Assembly (NCBI GenBank): GCA_038231795.1
Contig: JBBRKR010000001.1
Coordinates: forward strand, 259,199-323,198
Direction of reading: 5' to 3'
Length of the DNA: 64,000 nt
Source of the DNA: Acidimicrobiales bacterium
GTDB taxonomy: Bacteria > Actinomycetota > Acidimicrobiia > Acidimicrobiales > JBBRKR01
Numbering within the stretch: the first letter of the stretch is position 1; the number at the start of each line of letters is the position of its first letter. The position numbers and the translations under genes were made by a program. Below are positions 59,553 through 64,000 of the stretch, piece after piece. The notes under the pieces were generated by a model that made no database searches, was not told where the DNA came from, and saw nothing but the letters and a program-made list of their open reading frames with translations.

Positions 59553-59970
59553 CGATGCCAGCGGGTGAATTGCGCGACCAGAACGACTCGAGTTCTTCGT
59601 GAGCAAGGTCGTTCGTCCAAATTCGATCAACCTTCCCGGTCGCCGAATTCCGAAGGACCCAGATGGCAAGGTTGTCGAACTTGTCTCCAGACTCGACTGC
59701 CGTGCCCGTCTCGTGAACGACGGTGATCGATACTCTTTCGTCGGCGTACACGCATGTGCCGACTTGCCGCCAGGTATCCCCGAAAATCGGGACAAATTGC
59801 ATCGCGAATTCGATCCACGCCTGTTTGCCTTCTGTATGCCGCCATGGTCCTGCGCCTGGCCCGTTGTCCACAATCACATCATCGGCTAGCGCTTCAAACG
59901 CTGGCATTGGATCTCCGGCCGCCGTGGCGTTCCAGACTGCTTGGATGGCTGCTTGTGCTTCAAAACTCAT
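59545..59970 (-). CDS. NTF2/SnoaL-like fold protein
   Basis: 141 aa. ATG 59970 is preceded on the minus strand by GGAAGCGGAAGCC. The longer track ORF reaching 60039 runs into the palindrome. Confidence 0.6.
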   Translation of the reverse strand: MSFEAQAAIQAVWNATAAGDPMPAFEALADDVIVDNGPGAGPWRHTEGKQAWIEFAMQFVPIFGDTWRQVGTCVYADERVSITVVHETGTAVESGDKFDNLAIWVLRNSATGKVDRIWTNDLAHEELESFWSRNSPAGIAI

Positions 59971-60016
59971 GGCTTCCGCTTCCTGTTGGGGATTGATCGA
60001 TTCACCGTAAGGTGTT

Positions 60017-60062
60017 TGCAATTTTGAAGCATCTGCCAAATGGCAGATGCTTCAAAATTGCA
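60017..60062. repeat. Perfect 46-bp palindrome (22-nt arms, 2-nt spacer)
   Basis: TGCAATTTTGAAGCATCTGCCA AA TGGCAGATGCTTCAAAATTGCA; the arms were verified as exact reverse complements base by base. Confidence 0.97.
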
Positions 60063-62649
60063 TTCTGCAAGAATTGGCTCTATGCCCAGCAGCTCAAATG
60101 CGCCGAACCCACGGACACGGTTTGTTGGGCGAAGCCACGAGCTCGGTCAACTTCGGGAGTGCGTCGGCGCTGAGCGAATGGTAACGATCGTGGGGCCGGG
60201 AGGTTGCGGAAAGACTCGTCTTGCATTGGAGCTGACGCAGAAAGGATTGGTCGGGTTCGGTCACATTTGGTTTATCGATTTGGCATCGCTCGACAACGCG
60301 GCACGTTTCGCGTCTCATACTTTGCACACACTCGGCATTCGGGATCAACTTAGCGCTTCTTCGGAGGACCTCATTGCCGACTTCGTGGGAGATAATTCCA
60401 CGCTCTTTTTGTTTGACAACTGTGAGCATGTGGTCAGTGCGGCGGCGAGCTTTGTGGCGAATCTCCTTGACCGCATCCCGGCGATGTCCGTGCTCGCCAC
60501 AAGCCGACGGCCGTTGCGGATTTCGGGCGAAAAAATTGTCCGGCTTGGTCCTTTGTCAAATGATATTTCTCATGGTTCAACTAGCGACGCGCACGATCTC
60601 TTTCTCGACCGGCTGCGACTCGTTTCTCCCGCGTTCGATCCTGAAAAGGAACGTTCAACCATTGACGAAATCTGCCATGCACTCGAAGGAATGCCTCTGT
60701 CATTGGAGCTCGCCGCAGGTCGCGCTCACGTGATGTCCTTGGTCGAAATTCGAGACGCTACCCGCAGCGATCGAAAGCTCTTGCGCTCGACAACACGCGA
60801 TGTCGGCGCCCGCCACTTGTCTGTCGACGCGTCAGTGGAGTGGTCGTACGAGCTTCTCGACGACGACTCCAAATCGGTGCTTCGTTCACTGGCGTTGTTC
60901 GTGGGTCCGTTCTCGCGCCGCGCGGCGCGAGAACTACTCAATCAAGAACATCTCGTCGACTGCCTTGATCGGTTGATAGAGGATTCGCTCGTCGTCTTTT
61001 CCGAGCGCTCCCTACATGGGGTGCATGAATTCGGCCATCTGCGGCTCCTGGACTCCGTGCGCATGTTCGCCTTGGACCGTCTGGCGTGTGCACCAGACGG
61101 CGTTCTCGCCGAAGAACGACACATCGCACGAGTTGTGCAGTTGTGCCGATCTAGCGCTGAGGCGCTAGAAAATCGAAGTCATGACGAATTCGTTCGGCGT
61201 CTCAATGACGAATACGCAAACCTCGTTGCCAATTTTGATCGGGCCATCCGGCGTGGCGATGTGACGAGCGCGAGTGCGATGCAGCGTTCACTCACTCATT
61301 TCTGGACAGCGTCAGGTCGATTCACGGAGGCCGACCGCTGGTATGTGACCCTGTCGAAAGTTGATATCGGTTTTACGTCGCCCGTGGATGCCGAGGGTCA
61401 CTGGTCTGCCGCTCATGTTGCGCTGTACGGCGGCAACCTGCGCCATGCCCATGTTCTAGCCACGAAAGCGTTGGCACTGGCGGAGGTCGAAGGCAGTTTG
61501 CGAGCAAAGGGCAGAGCGCTTGATGTACTTGCTTTCCTGGCTTCATATCAAAACCCTCACACGGCGTCTGACCTGTACCGGGAAGCGATCCAGTGCGCGT
61601 CATTGTCTGGTGACTGTTGGTGCGAGGCCGACGCATCCCAGCTTCTCGCATATCACCTCATCCGTAGGCGTCAAATGACCGAAGCCGTCAGGTGGCTCGA
61701 TCATGCCCGACCGATCGTTCGCCGATTGGGGAACCCACAACTCATTGCATGGGACCACGCCGGAGTGGGGCAAGTTTTAACGGAGCAAGGCCAGCTCGCT
61801 TCTGCGCTCAAAGAGTTCGACCTGGCCCGTGATGCCGGCGAAGTTTCATCAGACCCGAATGTGCTTGGATGCATCACTGCGTGGCGATCGACCGTCAAGG
61901 TTCTAGGTGGCGACATCGCTGTGGTCGTCGAGGAACTCACCGCTGCGCTCGACCAATGTCAACGCGCCGGGGCAGGCCAAGCCGTGCTTGCGCTCGCAAG
62001 CGCCGCTCTATTCGCGTGTCGCTCCATGGGTGAGGACGAGCGTGCTGAAGGTATATACGCCGAGTTCGGTCCCTCGCTCGAGGCTGATTTCCCGGATGGA
62101 GCCAGCGTCGACCTTCGCACAGCAGCTACAAGCGCGCTTGTGACTGGCCGAGTCGAACTTGCTCGTACTCGACTCCTGCGAGCTGTTGAGTTGGCGCGGT
62201 CCGCCAACAACGACTTGTCTGAAGCCCGGGCCAACGTGTGGCTCGGGGCGATTGAACTGCTTGACGGCGACACGAAGAAAGCTGAGCGTCGAGTATTCGG
62301 CACGGTGCACGCCATTCGCAAAAGTGGTGGAACCAATGCACAGGTCGAACTTGGGCTCGTTCTTTCGTGCATCTCTCACGCTCGGGGCGATCTGATCAGT
62401 TCGGAGCGGTTGTCACAGGCAGCATTTCGCGTTGCAGCGGGCTCAGATTCCACAACCGCCGACTACTCGCTTGATCAGCCGACAGGGGTCAACGAGGACC
62501 GCTCGATTCACGTTTTGGCCACGATATTGGGAATTGAAAACAAGCGGCATCAGCCGTCACAAATCCATATGACGCTCGACGACGCTATCGACATGTCATT
62601 GCGAGGAAAGGGGCCTCGCACAGTTCCGCATATGGATGGATGGGCTTGA
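60040..62649 (+). CDS. STAND-type ATPase + TPR-like repeats: N-terminal body of a large LuxR-family (LAL-type) regulator, HTH detached by frameshift
   Basis: 'FVGRSHELGQL', Walker A 'VGPGGCGKTRLALE', 'LFLFDNCEHV', long helical-repeat C-terminal region. The start could be ATG 60082 instead. It ends at TGA 62647-62649, just before where an HTH should follow. Confidence 0.8.
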   Translation: MADASKLHSARIGSMPSSSNAPNPRTRFVGRSHELGQLRECVGAERMVTIVGPGGCGKTRLALELTQKGLVGFGHIWFIDLASLDNAARFASHTLHTLGIRDQLSASSEDLIADFVGDNSTLFLFDNCEHVVSAAASFVANLLDRIPAMSVLATSRRPLRISGEKIVRLGPLSNDISHGSTSDAHDLFLDRLRLVSPAFDPEKERSTIDEICHALEGMPLSLELAAGRAHVMSLVEIRDATRSDRKLLRSTTRDVGARHLSVDASVEWSYELLDDDSKSVLRSLALFVGPFSRRAARELLNQEHLVDCLDRLIEDSLVVFSERSLHGVHEFGHLRLLDSVRMFALDRLACAPDGVLAEERHIARVVQLCRSSAEALENRSHDEFVRRLNDEYANLVANFDRAIRRGDVTSASAMQRSLTHFWTASGRFTEADRWYVTLSKVDIGFTSPVDAEGHWSAAHVALYGGNLRHAHVLATKALALAEVEGSLRAKGRALDVLAFLASYQNPHTASDLYREAIQCASLSGDCWCEADASQLLAYHLIRRRQMTEAVRWLDHARPIVRRLGNPQLIAWDHAGVGQVLTEQGQLASALKEFDLARDAGEVSSDPNVLGCITAWRSTVKVLGGDIAVVVEELTAALDQCQRAGAGQAVLALASAALFACRSMGEDERAEGIYAEFGPSLEADFPDGASVDLRTAATSALVTGRVELARTRLLRAVELARSANNDLSEARANVWLGAIELLDGDTKKAERRVFGTVHAIRKSGGTNAQVELGLVLSCISHARGDLISSERLSQAAFRVAAGSDSTTADYSLDQPTGVNEDRSIHVLATILGIENKRHQPSQIHMTLDDAIDMSLRGKGPRTVPHMDGWA

Positions 62650-62831
62650 CAGAGACTGAGAAAAGTGTTGTCACACTTGTCTGCCAGGGTCTCACTAATC
62701 GAGAAACCGCCGAGCGTCTTTTCGTGGCGCCAGGAACAGTAAAGAGCCATCTTGAGCACATCTATTCGAAGCTCGGAGTAAAAAACCGCACAGAACTCTC
62801 GGCCCTGGCTTTCTCGCGCGACGGGACATAG
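62640..62831 (+). CDS. LuxR/GerE-type HTH domain (63 aa), probably the displaced C-terminus of the preceding regulator
   Basis: 'LTETEKSVVTLVCQGLTNRETAERLFVAPGTVKSHLEHIYSKLGV'. It lies in the -1 frame relative to the upstream ORF and overlaps it by 10 nt. Confidence 0.85.
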   Translation: MGLTETEKSVVTLVCQGLTNRETAERLFVAPGTVKSHLEHIYSKLGVKNRTELSALAFSRDGT

Positions 62832-62880
62832 GAGCCATCCTCTTGCCGGACCCGCTCGTGCAAAACATCGGCGGCACGAG

Positions 62881-62917
62881 AGACTCCAGGACGACGATCC
62901 TGTTCGTCCTGGGGTCT
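62881..62917 (+). terminator. Strong hairpin downstream of the HTH ORF (terminator candidate, no U-tract)
   Basis: AGACTCCAGGACGA (62881-62894) pairs with TCGTCCTGGGGTCT (62904-62917): 14 bp with one G-U, 9-nt loop. It is preceded by a 7-bp hairpin, CTCGTGC (62855-62861) / GCACGAG (62874-62880). Confidence 0.4.
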
Positions 62918-63182
62918 CTAGTTGAGCTCTGTGTGGACCGGCGGGCCGTTCTGATTCCGAGGCTGGACGAGCGCTCGAGAGACTCAAAGCCGCCATTCAC
63001 CCGATGGGGTAGGTGTGGCCTTTATTGGTCCCGATTCCGAATCCTAGACAAATGGCTCACATCGTGGTTTGCTCGTCAGTAACCGATGCTTGATGGCGCT
63101 CCAGCGGGGGAGCGAGGCGTTCAATCGACTAGAAACTGGTGGTCGCCAGCCCGGTGCTGCGCGGATTCTTGAAAGGATCACT

Positions 63183-64000
63183 ATGCCCAAGCCAGGAATG
63201 CATTCAGGGATTGCTACCGACACGGCCATGAACTTGTCGATGTCGGAAAAGGCGGTGCCGTTGTATGAAGCGGTGAAGGCGTTTATTGCCAACGAAGTGG
63301 AACCGATTACAGAGCAGTTCTACCAACTGGGCGAAGGCCGGGCAGAGCATTGGGGCTACGGTGAAGGCCAACTCGAACTGCTTGATACGGTGAAAGACAA
63401 AGCCAAAGCAAGCGGTCTGTGGAACTTCTTTTTGCCCAACGCCGAGACTGGCGAAGGCCTCTCGAATCTCGATTACGCCTACATTGCCAACGAGCTCGGC
63501 AAGAACTCTTTGGCGTCGGAATGCCTCAACTGCAGCGCTCCCGATACAGGCAACATGGAAGTGCTCGAACGTGTCGGTACACCTGAGCAAAAGAAGCAGT
63601 GGCTAGAGCCATTGTTGCGGGGCGAAATCCGGTCGGCCTTCGCCATGACCGAGCCCGATGTGGCGTCGTCGGATGCCAAGAACGTGCGATGCAGTGCCAT
63701 TCTCGATGGTGACGAGTGGCTGATCAACGGTGAGAAGTACTACATCTCAGGCGCCGGCGACCCTCGTTGCAAGATCATGATCACCATGGTGCAAACCAGT
63801 CCCGATGGGCCGCCGAGTAAACGGCAATCACAAATTTTGGTACCCATGGATACGCCAGGTGTGGAGATCGTGGGCGCCATGCACGTGTTCGGAGAGGACG
63901 ATTCCCCTCACGGACATATGCATATTCGGTTCACTGATGTGCGGGTGCCGAAGGCCAACATTTTGTGGGGCGAGGGGCGTGGTTTCGAGATCTCTCAGGT
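63183..64000 (+). CDS. Acyl-CoA dehydrogenase (partial, runs off the window)
   Basis: Hand-translated: MPKPGMHSGIATD...'FAMTEPDVASSDA', 'LINGEKYYISGAGDPRCKIM', 'GEGRGFEISQ'. AAGGA lies 6-7 nt upstream of ATG 63183. It is absent from the ORF track because no stop codon falls in the window. Confidence 0.85.
   Translation, partial: MPKPGMHSGIATDTAMNLSMSEKAVPLYEAVKAFIANEVEPITEQFYQLGEGRAEHWGYGEGQLELLDTVKDKAKASGLWNFFLPNAETGEGLSNLDYAYIANELGKNSLASECLNCSAPDTGNMEVLERVGTPEQKKQWLEPLLRGEIRSAFAMTEPDVASSDAKNVRCSAILDGDEWLINGEKYYISGAGDPRCKIMITMVQTSPDGPPSKRQSQILVPMDTPGVEIVGAMHVFGEDDSPHGHMHIRFTDVRVPKANILWGEGRGFEISQ

Noticed and set aside
59971-60081. Identical 'MADASKL' N-termini on both strands (minus ORF to 60039, plus ORF from 60040), which at first looked like a duplicated leader peptide.
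   Set aside because: It is a direct consequence of translating the two arms of the perfect palindrome. The minus-strand gene has a better ATG with an SD at 59970. The plus-strand start remains ambiguous (60040 or 60082).
62832-63182. A 350-bp gap upstream of the acyl-CoA dehydrogenase as a possible small RNA or riboswitch. It contains two hairpins and a 10-nt direct repeat, CGAGAGACTC, at about 62877 and about 62966.
   Set aside because: The hairpins are adequately explained as terminator structures for the regulator gene. I recognise no known riboswitch consensus, and the track ORFs here (62843-63082 plus, 62695-63000 minus) have no motif support. It is kept only as a terminator-candidate feature.

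Overview
GC-rich actinobacterial-type chromosomal segment. I find about 65 protein genes and 2 tRNAs, and no rRNA, CRISPR array, IS/transposase, integrase or phage genes. All calls come from reading motifs in the supplied translations and the raw DNA; no database search was possible.

A conserved housekeeping backbone runs through the window: metG-tatD-rsmA-ispE, tRNA-Gln, glmU-like, prs-rplY-pth-mfd, mazG, then eno-ftsB, then DUF501-ppx. As I recall it, this is the order of the Mycobacterium tuberculosis Rv1007c-Rv1026 region. Two accessory blocks interrupt it.

- Block 1 (14.3-26.9 kb): two divergent beta-less Rieske oxygenases, a VOC protein, a Rieske ferredoxin, a kinase-fold protein, an NTF2-like protein, two acyl-CoA synthetases, an LLM oxidoreductase and an SDR.
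- Block 2 (28.6-42.2 kb): a form-II CO-dehydrogenase/xanthine-dehydrogenase-family cluster (coxS-L-M, MoxR, VWA, XdhC x2, MocA-like, CoxG). It also holds an orphan second large subunit and an ABC-2 exporter.

The right third carries inositol-related genes, including an unusual dehydrogenase-aldolase-like fusion, and a Cas4-like nuclease. It then carries tRNA-Leu(UAA) and a MarR-led kynurenine-pathway operon (HAAO, kynureninase, KMO, TDO) followed by ALDH, a DHDPS-like protein and an aspartate-dehydrogenase-like protein. It ends with a STAND/TPR LuxR-type regulator and a partial acyl-CoA dehydrogenase.

Most notable observations:
- A perfect 46-bp palindrome in the divergent gap upstream of the regulator.
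- A frameshift in an (ATGG)3-G run that detaches the regulator's HTH.
- An in-frame amber codon splitting an acyl-CoA synthetase.
- A GlmU homologue that lacks the catalytic end of its acetyltransferase domain.
- A tRNA-Gln whose 3' end lies 2 nt from the next start codon.
- An unlisted 30-aa bS22-like ORF.

I found no clear signature of a defence or mobile system. The novelty candidates are regulatory or architectural.
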